Below are positions 51,800-64,000 of a stretch of 64,000 bases of DNA, piece by piece. Made by a program: the position numbers and the translations under genes. The number at the start of each line of letters is the position of its first letter. Positions within the stretch are counted from its first letter, which is position 1. The notes under the pieces were generated by a model. That model had not been told where the DNA came from and did no database searches. It worked only from the letters and a program-made list of their open reading frames with translations. This stretch comes from Mobula hypostoma (taxonomy: Eukaryota), in assembly GCF_963921235.1 (NCBI RefSeq), contig NC_086097.1, positions 102,054,001 to 102,118,000 of the forward strand. Direction: 5' to 3'.

Positions 51800-52069
51800 A
51801 ACCTTCCTCGCCTCGCCCGCTTCCGCCTAAGCCCGGTGAGCCGAAGCCCTTAAGCCTTCACTCTGCTCCCGGCTCACTCCGTAGCCCGCAAACTACGCTG
51901 CCTGCTCTATGAGGCTTTGTTCCTTTTAAATCTGCCGCGCTGCACTGCCCGACGTCACACGCCTGCGCAGTCCCGCCTCTCAGAAAGCCGTTGGAGAAAA
52001 AAAATCACGAAAATTTCAAAAATGTCTTTCTCGGCACTCCCACTCAGACTGTCAGACTCCTTCTTCGAA
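51800..52069 (-). promoter_or_regulatory. Putative CR1 internal promoter (CpG-rich)
   Basis: GC-box-like 51971-51979, NRF1-like TGCGCAGGCG about 51960-51969, CRE-like TGACGTC 51951-51957, TTTAAAA 51924-51930, ETS-like CGGAAG 51820-51825. Motif matches only. Confidence 0.5.
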
Positions 52070-52779
52070 TCGTACATTCCAGGTTCCAAATTTCATAGTT
52101 TCAGTTCGCGATGTTTTTCGACCACATGATGGTGATCCCTCTGGACGCGGCTTTCTATACAGGATGGGGTGAAACAGACTATTTTTAGGGCACCTTTTCT
52201 AGACCCTTCCCAGCTCAGGATCCTAAATAGGGCTGCTCAGGTGTGAATACTGCTGCCGAACAACTATCCTGCTTCTGTCCAAAAGTTGAGCGACTGAATC
52301 AAGTATTCACCGCTTTTGTGCTGGTACTTGACTAGGAGCTTCCAGCCATCACATTGCCTGCTCCCATCGCCCTCCCTGATCGCCAAAAGACTTGAAGAAG
52401 TGGCCCACAGAGCAAAGATGCCTGTGCATGTATTTGTTTAAAGTGTACTTGATGTTACACTCCAAGAAGCACACGATACTTCATCAACTGATTCCAATGG
52501 CATGGAAACCACGAGGATTAGAGCTGATGGATTTGTTGCAGCCTTCATCCGCCTTCACAGCATAATCTAATTACCATGTATCTGTTGTGAAACAAATGTA
52601 GAAACACTGGTGAATGTACAGAAATCATTTGCGTGCAAAATTAGAGCTGAGAGGTTATAATCATTAAAAACAGGTTAAATGAGGTGGGTCACCAGATAAC
52701 TGATGATCAAAGGATGGCTTTATACAATATCTTGTACCTCAGACTTGTAATGAAAAAGGAAGCCATCAGATTGATTCAA

Positions 52780-54825
52780 AGCAACACCCACAAAATGCTG
52801 CTGGAATAACTGAGCAGGTTAGACAGCATCTATGGAAATGAATAAGCAGTTGACATTTTGGGCCAAGATGCTTCTTCAGGACTGGAAAGAAAGGGAGAAG
52901 ATGCTAGAATAAAATGGGGGGTGGGTGGGGGAAGGAGGCTAGCTAGAAGGTGATAGGTGAAGCCAGGTGGTAGGAAAGATAAAGGGCTGGAGAAAAAGGA
53001 ATCTGATGGGAGAGGAGAGTGGGCCACAGGAGAAAGGGAAAGGAGGACCAGACCCAAGGGGGAGTGATAGGCAGGTGAGAAGAGGCAAGAGGCCAGAGTG
53101 GGGAATTACCAGAAGGAGAAATTGATATTCATATCATCAGGTTGGAAGCTCCCCAGGAGGAAGGTGTTGCTCCTCCACCTGGAGGGCAGCCTCATCGTGG
53201 CACAAGAGGAGGCCATGGACCGACATGTCAGAACGGGAAAGGGAATTGGAATTAAAATGTGGGTGTGATCTGTATAGATTTTAGTAAGGCATTTGACAAG
53301 GTTCCACACGGTAGGCTTATTCAGAAAGTCAGAAGGCATGGGATCCAGGGAAGTTCGGCCAGGTGGATTCAGAATTGGTTTGCCTGCAGAAGGCAGAGGG
53401 TCGTGGTGGAGGGAATATATTCAAACTGGAGGGCTGTGACTAGTGGTGTCCCACAAGGGTCGGTTCTGGGACCTTTACTTTTCGTGATTTTTATTAACGA
53501 CCCGGATGTGGGGGTAGAAGGGTGGGTTGGCAAGTTTGCAGACGACACAAAGGTTGGTGGTGTTGTAGATAGTGTAGAGGATTGCCGAAGATTGCAGAGA
53601 GACATTAATAGGATGCAGAAGTGGGCTGAGAAGTGGCAGATGGAGTTCAACCCGGAGAAGTGTGAGGTGGTACACTTTGGAAGGACAAACTCCAAGGCAG
53701 AGTACAAAGTAAATGGCAGGATACTTAGTAGTGTGGAAGAGCAGAGGGATCTGGGGGTACATGTCCACAGATCCCTGAAAGTTACCTCCCAGGTAGATAG
53801 GGTAGTTAAGAATTTTAGGAAAGCTTAATGGGGTGTTAGCTTTCATAAGTCGAGGGATAGAGTTTAAGAGTCACGAGGTAATGATACAGCTCTATAAAAC
53901 TCTGGTTAGGCCACACTGTGTCCAGTGCTGGTTACTTCACTATAGGAAGGATGTGGAAGCATTGGAAAGGATACAGAGGAGATTTACCAGGATGCTGCCT
54001 GGTTTAGAGAGTATGCATCATGATCAGAGATTAAGGGAGCTAGGGCTTTACTCTTTGGAGAGAAGGAGGATGAGAGGAGACATGATAGAGGTATACAAGA
54101 TATTAAGAGGAATAGATAGAGTGGATAGCTACCGCCTCTTCCCCAGGGCACCACTGCTCAATACAAGAGGACATGGCTTTAAGATAAGGGGTGGGAAGTT
54201 CAAGGGGGATATTAGAGGAAGGTTTTTTATTCAGAGTGGTCGGTGCGTGGAATGCACTGCCTGAGTCAGTGGTGGAGACAGATACAGTAGTGAAATTTAA
54301 GAGACTACCAGACAGGTATATGGAGGAATTTAAGGTGGGGGGTTATATGGGAGGCAGAGTTTGAGGGTCGGCACAACATTGTGGGCCGAAGGGCCTGTAC
54401 TGTGCTGTACTGTTCTATGTTCTAAAATGTTTGGCTGTTGAGAAGTTCAGCTTTTGGCAGATGGAGCAGAGGTGCTGAATGAAGTGATCCCCCAATTTGC
54501 AACGGGTCTGACCAATGTAGAGGAGGCCACATTGGGAGCATCAGACACAATAGATGATCCCAGCAGATTCACAGGTGAAGTGTTGCTTCACTTAAAAGGA
54601 CTGTTTGGGGCCCTGAACGGAAGTGAATGGGCAGGTTGTGGCACTTTGGCTGCTTGTAGGGATAAATGCCAGGAGGGAGATTAGTGGGGAGGGGCGAATG
54701 GACAAGGGAATCATAGAGGGAGCGATCCCTATGAAAAGCTGGTGCAAGGTGGGGGTGTAAGGATATGTTTGGCAAGAGGTCCCTTTGGAGATAGCAGAAG
54801 TTGCGGAGAGTAATGTGTTGGGTAC
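52780..54825 (-). mobile_element. Penelope-like fragment split by a CR1
   Basis: GSFQPDDMNINFSFW (ORF 53106..53339) and AFHRDRSLYDSLVHS (ORF 54569..54775). Decayed HHR tail at about 52848-52885. Confidence 0.8.
53261..54422 (+). mobile_element. 5'-truncated CR1 with an 8-bp TSD
   Basis: ORFs 53259..53828 and 53833..54264. TAAAATGT at 53253-53260 and 54423-54430. Confidence 0.92.
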
Positions 54826-55324
54826 AGTTCAGAAGAGCAAAATTCTTCCCGATGTGTTAGTTGATGTTTATTCCTGAAATTTGCTTATTTCGGTGTTTTT
54901 CTCCCATATCCCAATGACAAGCTGATTGGTAAGGCATCAGTTGCGGTACACTTCCCCAAGTGAAGGTAGTTCGCAAGAGAATTAGTGAAGTTGGTGGGCA
55001 TGTGGCAGAAAATGAGTTACTGGAAAAATAGGTAGGGGAATAGGACTGTTTGGACTCAATGGCTGAATGACTTCCTATGTCAAAAGGAAATATGAAATTA
55101 AAGCCATTCATTGCTTAGTCATTTATGTCTAAGAATGTGGGATTTGGGATCACCTAGAAATCCACAGTTATGCTTCCTACATTATGCTTCAAAGGGACTT
55201 GTGTCTTGCATTCTTCAGTCATGAAATGTGCTGGTTCATCAGTGGATCCTTAAGCTTGAATGAGGAATTGTCAGTTGTCAAATGGCAAACAATTTTCTAA
55301 CTGTGTAATCTTTTGTAAATGTAG

Positions 55325-55368
55325 GGGTGCCTGTCATTAAACAGGTGGAAGAAGAGGCTGAGGACTAA
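55325..55368 (+). CDS. DNAL1: DNAL1 terminal coding exon (GVPVIKQVEEEAED*)
   Basis: tgtAG acceptor at 55323-55324. Phase 1 continues the previous exon. Resembles the DNAL1 C-terminus GTPVIKGDEEEDN. TAA at 55366-55368. Confidence 0.9.
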
Positions 55369-55855
55369 CTCTCACATCACTGAGGCTGATGACCGAAAGA
55401 CCTTCCTATTGCACTTTCTGTATCTTCCTTGCAAGTGAACATTGTGAAGATGATCACAACCTGCAGTCTTTGGAACTTTCCTAGCACGTTGTTGTCATGT
55501 TGCCTATGTGATTTTTTGTTTTGTTGTTGTGTTTGTTGAAACAATGTGATCATCTGAAATCTGCTGGCCAACACTGAAAAACTTCAACCACGAACAGGAA
55601 AATAATAGCTTGAATTACAGTTTTTAAAAAATTTCTACCTTTTATGTGGCAGGTGCGTTAACTGTTTGCCAACATGGTAAACGATTGCTCATTTTTGGTA
55701 AAGCACATGAAATTGCTTTCTTTAAAACTCTTAACAATTGTAATATAAATGAATATTGTTACAATCTAGGCATGTGGTCAATGAATATTATTGGATTAGG
55801 CCCTACCCTTACTTATTGGATAATGCAATAAAACATCAGCTTTTCTCCATGCTTA
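55369..55855 (+). other. DNAL1: Putative DNAL1 3' UTR with AATAAA at 55827-55832 (alternative ATTAAA at 55994-55999)
   Basis: Non-repetitive AT-rich sequence after the stop codon, containing a canonical poly(A) hexamer. The cleavage site is not determined. Confidence 0.6.
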
Positions 55856-56444
55856 TTCCATCAAACAGACATACTTTATAAGTGATATTCTTATTTTTGT
55901 AAAGTGATTTTATCTGTTTTATACAAAATTATTTATCAGAAGAAGATGTACGTGTATGCACAATCTTGTGGAAAATGATTTATTCTGGTAACTATTAAAG
56001 AAGATTAACTTTCTCATGTCTTTCTAATGATTTTTCACCTCCACAACAATGCCCCAATTCCCCCCATCCCCCAGCACCTAATCACTCCTCCTCCCCAACA
56101 ATTTACCCAAAGCCTTTTCACTACTTTTGTAGACTGTCTAGGAGTTGGAATGCATATTATTTTCAAAGTGCAACACTAATTTGGAAACTTTCGGCCCTCT
56201 ATGAAATTTGTATGGCTTGTATTCAGGTGCTGCCAATTACCTCATCTATGCTAATCTTCTATCTGTCTCCTATCCGCATATGTACAGTCAAGTTTTTAAA
56301 TTTGTTGTCCATCCCCAGTGTTTTCCAAAACGTCAATAACATTCATGAACCTGGAGTCACATAAGGGTTTGTACTGGTAAGGATGCTAACTTCCTTTCTC
56401 ATGAGAACTATTACTGATGGTAGTTTATTTAGGTGCCTGAATTT

Positions 56445-56805
56445 AAAGTTCAAAGTAAATTTATTATCAAAGTAGGTACATGTCACCATACACTACTGAG
56501 ATTCATTTTCTTGTGGCCATTTTTAGGAGATGCAAAGAAACACAATAGAATCAGTGAAAAACTACATATGAAGACGAACAAACAACCAATGTGCATAAGA
56601 AAACAAACTCTGCAATTACAATATTAATTAATATTGACAACATGAGCTGTAGAGTCCTTGAAAGCGAGTCCATAGGTGATAGAACAGTTCAGTATTGAAG
56701 TGAGCGAAGTTATCCACGCTGATTCAGGAGCCTGATGGTTGAGGGGTAACAACTGTTCCTAAATCTGGTGGTGTGGGAACTAAGGCTCCTGTGCGTCCTT
56801 CCCAT
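56445..56805 (-). mobile_element. Rex1-type 3' tail fragment
   Basis: gttcaaagtaaatttattatcaaagt...ggagcctgatggttgaggggtaa; similar to about 6100-6210. Confidence 0.6.
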
Positions 56806-57084
56806 TGGCATTTACTGCTTCCTCTCCTGCCTCCCTCCTCTCCACACACATGGCTGTACCACTCCTTTCCGTTTACTGCCAGCTGCCTTATAAAATGATT
56901 GTTAATCATTTAATATCACAGGTCGGGGCAAGAGATTTAAAAAAGAGAATTCACAGGCTTTCAGCTTTTTCCTGGCAGCCTAATCAAATCGCAAATCATT
57001 AGCAAGGGCAAATAAAAATAAGGTAGAGACAAGCAGAGTGGCCATTGTGTGAGTAAATTTCTGGTAAGTTTCTTCTGCATTCCT

Positions 57085-58200
57085 CAAAGATAGACAAAGG
57101 AGAATCAGTAGATGTTGTGTACTTGCATTTTCAGATGGCCTTTGATGTGAGGCTGCTGAACAAGATATGAGCCCATGGTATTACAGGAAAGATACTAGCA
57201 TGGATAGAGACTGGCTGATTTGGAGGCGAAGGAGTGGGGATAAATATGGTTGTCTGCTGGTGATTAGTGGTGTTTCACACGAGGTCTGTGTTGGGACCAC
57301 TTGTTTTTATGCTGTATATCAAAGATGGAATTGATGGCTTTTTGGCCAAGTTTGGTGGAGGAGCAGGTAGTGTTGAGGAAGCAGGGAGGCTGCAGATGGA
57401 TTTAAGACAGATTAGGAGAATGAGCATAGAAGTGGCAGATGGTATACTGTGTCAGAAAGTATATGGTTATGCATTTTGGTAGAAGGAGTAAAAGCATAGA
57501 CTATTTTCTAAATGGGCAGAAAATTCAAAAATCCGAGGTGCAAAGGGTTAACTTGCATGTTGCATCTGTAGTGAAGACAAGTTCAATGTTAGCATTCATT
57601 TCAAGAGGATAAGAGTATAAAAGTTAGGATGTAATGCTGAGGCTTTATAAGGCATTGGTGAGGCCTCACTTGATGTATTGTGATTCTTCTGGTCCCTTAC
57701 TTAAAGATATGCTGACATTAGAGAAAGTTCAGAGGAGATTCATGAGAATAATTTCAGGAATGAAATATCTTACGAGGAGCGATTGATAGCACTGGGCCTT
57801 GCTGGAATTTAGAAGAATGAGGGGTAATCTAATTGAAACCTGTTGAATGTGGAAAGGCTGAGATAGTGAATGTGGAGAGAATGTTTCCTATAGTGGGGAG
57901 AGTCGATGACTAGAGGGCACAGCTTCAGAATAGAGGGATGTCCATTTAGAATAGGGATGAGGAGGAATTTGTTTTGCCAGAGGGTGGTGAAACTGTGGAA
58001 TTCATTGCCATAGGTGGCTGTAGAAGCTAGCTCATTGGGTGTATTTAAAGCAGAGGTTGATAGGTCAGTATGAAAAAGGTTACAAGAAGAAGGCAGGAGA
58101 ATGGGGTTGAGAGGGAAAATAGATCAGCCATGATGAAATGGTGAAGCAGAGTCAATGGGGCAAATGGCCTAATTCTGCTCTTATATTTTCTGGTCTTAAC
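57085..58200 (+). mobile_element. Degenerate CR1 3' half
   Basis: SVLGPLVFMLYI, aggcattggtgaggcctcac and the CR1 tail. Confidence 0.82.
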
Positions 58201-58811
58201 TTTGCTATGTCCTGTTACAGGTAAGCTGTCACCTCTCTGCAATTTTAAACAGTTTTCTTGCTCTTCTAAGGGTCCCTGACACAAGATGTCAAATTCCCAC
58301 ACTTGATGCCTAACTAGACAAGTGCTTCCAAAATTTTCTGTTTTGGATTAAATTTCCAGCATCAATAAATGTTTTGCTCCAATGAGGTGAATAAGATCTT
58401 CCTCCACCTAGTCCTGATGAGCATGCAGAATTGAACCATCTGATAGGGATCTTTCAGTAGGTGGCCACTCCACATATTCACTCTCCTTACTGTTTAACAC
58501 AGAGGAGGAGAATTCGGCCATTCAGTCCATCGAGTCTGCTCTGCCATTCCATCATGGCCGGTCCCGGATTCCACTCAACTCCATACACCTGCCTTCTCGC
58601 CATGACTGAACATGAAACTGTCAACTTCTGCCTTAAATGTACCTACAGACTTGACCTCCAAGTGCTGTCTGTGGCAGAGCATTCCACAGATTCATCGCTC
58701 AAATGTTGTTTTGTGGCATGTTACCAGGGCAAAGGAACTCTTTCCTTGACTTTAAAGGATTTTACAGCAAGGAAGACATTCAACCAGTGTGCTCCATCTT
58801 GGGATCAATAA

Positions 58812-60570
58812 AAGTGGGAAGGGTAGGCAGGCCTGTGGCTCAGAAAGAAAAGGGGGAGAAGTGGCGAGCTGTGGTGATAGAGGATTTGATAGGAAAACAG
58901 ATAGGAGGTTCTGTGGAGAAGAATGAGATACACAGATACTCAAATGAAATGTTACCTCCCGGGTGCCAGGGTCTAGGACGCCTTTGGAAGAAGGTGGACG
59001 AACTTGTGGCACAATTAGGGATTGGTCAGTAGGATGTTGTGGGCATCACTGAGTTGTGGCTGAAATAAGGCTTTAGAAGGGAGCTTAACCTCAAAGTATA
59101 TACTTTGTATCGAAAGGATAGGTGGTGGTGTGGCTCTGGTGGTAAGAGATAGAATTACATCTTTAGAAATAGATGACATAGGGTCAGAGAATGTTCAATC
59201 TTTGTGGGTGGAGTTCAGAAACAGCAAGGGTAAAAAAACGCACCATTATGGGAATCATATAGGCCTCCAAATAGCAGCCAAGATGTGGGGTTGAGATTGC
59301 AAAGGGAGCTGGAAAAGGCATGTAATAAGAGTAATGACACAATTGTAATGCAGGACTTAAATATGCAAGGGTTTTGGGAAAATCATGTTGGTGTCAGATC
59401 ACAAGAGAAAGAATTTGTTGAATGACTATGGGATGGACTTTTAGAGCAGTTTGTGCTTCAGCTTACCCGGGGAAAGGCTATCTTAGACTGGGTGTTGTGC
59501 AAAAATCCAGATGTTATTAGGGAGCTTAATATAAAGGAACCTTTAGGAGGCAGTGATCATATGATTGAATTCATATTGCAATTTGAGAGCGAGAAGCATA
59601 ACTCAAAAGTATCAGTATCACAATGGGATTTACAGAGGCATGAGAGAGGAGCTTGGCCAGGTGGATTGGAGGTGGATATTGGTGGGGTTGACAGCAGAGC
59701 AGAGATGGCTCAAGTTTCTGGGAATAGTTCACAAGGTGCAGGATAGATATGTCCCAGAGAAGAAGTTGTTCTCAAGTGGTAGGGCTAGGCAACTGTGGCT
59801 GACAGGGGAATTTAAGGACTGCATAAAAGTGAAGGAATGGGCTTAAGGTAGCAAAAGTGAGTTGGAAGTTGGATGATTAGGAAGCTTTTAAATTCCAACA
59901 AAAGACAACAAAAAAGCTGAAGAAGCAAGAAGATGAAATGGGGGGAAACTAATAAGCCAATAATATAAAGCAGGATACTAACAGTATTTTCAGTTATATA
60001 AAGAGTAAAAGGGAGATGAGAGTTGATAATGGGGCACTGGAAAATGATGCTGGTGAGATAGGTATGGGGGACAAAGAAATGGCAGATTAACTTAATGGGT
60101 ATTTTGCATCTGTCTTCACTGTGGAAGACACTAGCAGTGTGCCACAAGTCCATGAGTGTCAGGGAGCAGGAGTGAATGCCGTTGCACAAAGGAAAAGGTG
60201 CTAGGCAAACTCAAAGGTCTTAAGGTGGGTAAGACACCTGGATCAGATGGACTACATCCCAGAGTCCTGAGAAAGGTTACCGAGGAGATAATGGATGCAT
60301 TGGTCATGATCTTTCAAGAATCACTTATTCTGGCATGGTCCCAGAGTACTGGAACATTACAAATTTCACTCCATTCTTTAAGAAGGGAGGAAGGCAAAAA
60401 AAAAGGAAATTAAATGTCAGTTAGCCTAACCTCAGTGGTTGGGAAAGTGTTGGAATCTATTAAGGATGAGGTTTCAGGGTACTTGGAGACTAATGATAAA
60501 ATAAGTCAAAGTTAGAATGGTTTCCTTAAAGGGAAATCTTGCTTGACAAATCTGTTAGAGTTCTTCATCT
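58812..60570 (+). mobile_element. Degenerate CR1 (ORF1 remnant, EN, linker, start of RT)
   Basis: RAVVIEDLI, TRGKAILDWVL, LGGSDH, KTPGSDGLHPRVL. Confidence 0.82.
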
Positions 60571-60600
60571 TATGAGGTTGTGGTATTATCTTGGATTGAG

Positions 60601-63600
60601 TAGAACATAGAAAACCTACAGCACAATACAGGGCCCTCTGCCACAAAGCTGTGCCGAACATGTACTTACTTTAGAAATTACCTAGGGTTACCCATAGCCC
60701 TCTATTTTTCTAAGCTCCATGTACCTATCCAGGAGTCTCTTAAAAGACCCTATCATATCCACCTCCACCACTGTCGTCAGCAGCCCATTCCACACACTCA
60801 CCACTCTGTGTAAAAATTTACCCCCGCGTAAAAAAAACTTAGCCTGACATCTCCTCTGTACCTACTTCCAAGAACCTTAAAACTGTGCCCTCTCATGATA
60901 GCCATTTCAGCCCTGGGAAAAAGCCTCTGACTATCCACATGATCAATGCCTCTCATCATCTTATCAGGTCACCTCTCACCCTCCCTAGCTCCAAGGAGAA
61001 AAGGCCGAGTTCACTCAACCTATTCTCATAAGGCATACTCCCCAATCTAGGCAACATCCTTGTAAATCTCCTCTGCACCCTTTCTATAGTTTCCACATCA
61101 TTTCTGTAGTGAGGTGACCAGAACTGAGCACAGTACTCCAAGTGGGGTCTGACCAGGGTCCTATATAGCTGCAACATTACCTCTTGAGTCCTAAACTCAA
61201 TCCCATGATTGATGAAAACCGATGTACTGTATGCCTTCTTAACCACAGAGTCAACCTGCGCAACCGCTTTGAGTGTCCTACGGACTCGGACGCCAAGATC
61301 CCTCTGATCCTCCACTCTGCCAAGGGTTTTATCATTAGTACTATATTTCTGCCATCATATTTGACCTACCAAAATGAACCACCTCACACTCATCTGGGTT
61401 GTACTCCATCTGCCATTTCTCAGCCCAGTTTTGCATCCTATCAATGTCCTGCTGTAACCTCTGACAGCCCTCCACACTATCACAACACCCCCAACGTTTG
61501 CGTCATCAGCAAATTTACTAACCCATCCCTCCACTTCCTCATCCAGGTCATTTATAAAAATCACAAAGAGAAGGGGTCCCAGAACAGATTCCTGAGGCAC
61601 ACCACTGGTCACCGACCTCCATGTAGAATATGACCCGTCTACAACCACTCTTTGCCTTCTGCGGGCAAACCAATTCTGGATCCCCAAAGCAAAGTCCCCT
61701 TGGATCCCATGCCTCCTTACTTTCTCAATAAGCCTTGCATGGGGTACCTTATCAAATGCCTTGCTGAAATCCATATACACTACATCTACTGCTCTACCTT
61801 CATTAATGTGTTTAGTCACATTCTCAAAAAATTCAATCAGGCTCATAAGGCACAACCTACCTTTGACAAAGCCTTGCTGACAATTCTTAATCATAATATG
61901 CCTCTCCAAATGTTCATAAATCCTGCCTCTCAGGATCTTTTTCATCAACTTACCAACCACTGAAGTAAGACTCACTGGTCTGTAATTTCCTGGGCTATCT
62001 CTACTGCCTTTCTTGAACAAGGGGACAACATCTGCAACCTTCCAATCCTCTGGAACCACTCCTATCCCCATTGCTGATGCAGAGATCATTGCCAGAGGCT
62101 CAGCAACCTCCTGCCTTGTCTCCCACAATAGCCTGTTTTACATCTCATTTGGTGCCAGAGACTTATCCAACTTGATTATCTAAATGGAGTCAAGTTAGGA
62201 AAAGGGGAAGTACAATGAGATCTAGGTGTTCTTGTACATCAGTCACTGAAAGCAAGCATGCAAGTACAGCAGGCAGTGAAGAAAGCTAATGGCATGCTGG
62301 CCTTCATAACAAGGTGAATTGAGTATAAGAGCAAAGAGGTCCTTCTGCAGCTGTACAGGGCCCTGGTGAGACCACACCTGGAGTACTGTGTGCAGTTTTG
62401 GTCTCCAAATTTGAGGAAGGACATTCTTGCTATTGAGGGAGTGCAGCGTAGGTTCACAAGGTTAATTCCCGGGATGGCAGGACTGTCATATGTCGAAAGA
62501 TTGAAGCAACTGGGCTTGTATACTCTGGAATTTAGAAGGCTGAGAAGGGATCTTATTGAAACATATAAGATTATTAAGGGATTGGACGCGCTGGAGGCGG
62601 GAAGGATGGGTGAGTCCAGAACCAGAGGCCACAGTTTAAGAATAAGGGGTAGGCCATTTACAACGGAGTTGAGGAATAACTTTTTCACCCAGAGACTGGT
62701 GGATATATGGAATGCTCTGCCCCAGAAGGCTGTGGAGGCCAAGTCTCTGGATGCTTTCAAGAAAGAGATGGATAGAGATCTTAAAGATAGCGGAATCAAA
62801 GGTTATGGGGATAAGGCAGGAACTGGATACTGATTGTGGATGATCAGCCATGATCACAGTGAATGGCGGTGCTGGCTCGAAGGGCCAAATGGCCTACTCC
62901 TGCACCTACTGTCTATTGTCTATTGTCTGTTGATGCTTTCCAAAAGCTCCAGCACTCTTAATGTCTATATGCTCAAGCTTTTCAATCCACTGTAAGTCAT
63001 CCCTACAATCGCCAAGATCCTTCTCCGTAGTGAACACTGCAAAGTATTTATTAAGTACCTCCACTATCTCCTCCAGTTCCATACACACTTTTCCACTGTC
63101 CTATTCTCTCACATCTTATCCTCTTGCTCTTCACATACTTGTAGAATGCCTTGGGATTTTCTTTAATCCTGCTCACCAAGGCCTTCTCATGGCCCCTTCT
63201 GGCTCTCCAAATTTCATCCTTAAGTTCCTTCCTGCTGGCCTTATAATCTTCTAGATCCATCATTACCTAGTTTTTTGAACTTTTTGTCAGCTTTTCTTTT
63301 CTTCTTGACTAGATTTTCAACAGTCTTTGTACACCACGGTTCCTGTACCCTACCATCCTTTCCCTGTCTCATTGGAACGTACCTATTCAGAATGCCACAC
63401 AAATCCCCTGAACATTTGCCACATTTCTGCCATACATTTCCCTGAGAACATCTGTTCCCAATTTATGTTTCCAAGTTCCTGCCTGATAGCTTCATATTTC
63501 TCCTTGCTCCAATTGAATGCTTTTCTAACTTGTCTGTTCCTATCTCTCCAATGCTATTGTATAGAATTATGATCACTATCTCCAAAATGCTCTCCCACTG

Positions 63601-63763
63601 AGAGATCTGACACCCGACCAGGTTCATTTCCCAATACCAGATCAAGTACTGCCTCTCCTCTTGCAGGCTTATCTACATACTGTGTCAGAAAACCTTCCTG
63701 AACACACCCAACAAACTCCACCCCATCTAAACCCCTTGCTCTAGGGAGATGCCAATCAACATT
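60601..63763 (-). mobile_element. CR1 of the 27172-31017 family, interrupted at 62177-62929
   Basis: ORFs 60956..61315, 61355..62128 and 63051..63263 closely match 28744..30878. Confidence 0.92.
62177..62929 (+). mobile_element. 5'-truncated CR1 related to the 47689 family, 5-bp TSD
   Basis: ORF 62366..62833, (ATTGTCT)n tail, TTGAT at 62172-62176 and 62930-62934. Confidence 0.9.
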
Positions 63764-64000
63764 TCTTCTTCTTCATGTGCCTTGCTTGGGCAATCATGGC
63801 ACTCCACATTGAACGATCCCACACAGCGTCAATGATATCTCGCACATTTAGATATGTTAGTTCTTTCACAGTGTCCATATATTTTCTTCTTTGCCTTCCT
63901 CTTCCGTGTTTCCCAGGCTTATGGCCTTGTAATGTAAGGCATTCTGTTTCTCCCTTTCTGATGACATGGCCCAGGAATTTAAGTTTCCTCTCATTTAATG
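63764..64000 (-). mobile_element. RTE-clade LINE 3' end (continues beyond the window)
   Basis: Minus strand encodes GKHGRGRQRRKYMDTVKE...DRSMWSAMIA, followed by a (GAA)n tail. Confidence 0.7.

Larger units (their letters stand above)
47689..52069 (-). mobile_element. Full-length, nearly intact CR1 LINE (4381 bp)
   Basis: CpG-rich 5'UTR, intact ORF1, ORF2 with a single 1-bp insertion, 3' hairpin and (TTTCTATG)n tail. Boundaries are defined by the interrupted RTE frame. Confidence 0.96.
44596..52560 (-). mobile_element. RTE-clade LINE (44596-47688 plus 52070-52560), degenerate, 12-bp TSD
   Basis: TSD CATAATCTAATT at 44584-44595 and 52561-52572. (GAC)n tail. EN motifs MKFGTWNVR|TLMDNPNSDRPERR and LGDFNARVG. 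RT motifs GVKQGC and QYADD. C-terminal LRWRGHVVRM. Confidence 0.93.

Noticed and set aside
52100..52560. HDV-like ribozyme in the RTE 5'UTR
   Set aside because: Could not assemble the nested double pseudoknot by eye; the copy may be 5'-truncated.
58411..58445. CTGATGA...CTGA resembling a C/D snoRNA or hammerhead
   Set aside because: The boxes are only about 30 nt apart with no terminal stem, and there is no GAAA core or helix II.

Overview
Eukaryotic, repeat-dominated vertebrate DNA. The repeat families (CR1, Rex1/Babar, Penelope, V- and CORE-SINEs) suggest a cartilaginous fish such as a ray, but that is inference. The only host gene found is the 3' half of DNAL1 (dynein axonemal light chain 1, + strand): four coding exons at 12093-12148, 25738-25864, 36997-37137 and 55325-55368, with phase-consistent GT-AG junctions and an AATAAA at 55827. 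Its 11-18 kb introns are filled with nested transposons: several CR1 LINE families (one full-length and nearly intact at 47689-52069, inserted in a TSD-flanked RTE), Rex1/Babar LINEs, Gypsy remnants, solo LTRs, Penelope-like fragments with hammerhead-ribozyme cores, a Tc1 fragment and SINEs. Most notable: two divergent CR1 families both end ORF1 with a canonical -1 slippery heptamer (T TTA AAC, then stop) that opens directly into an AUG-less ORF2 in the -1 frame, suggesting gag-pol-like programmed frameshifting in a LINE. These two families also appear to share a recently swapped ORF1 module. TE boundaries without a stated TSD are approximate, and all identities were estimated by eye.
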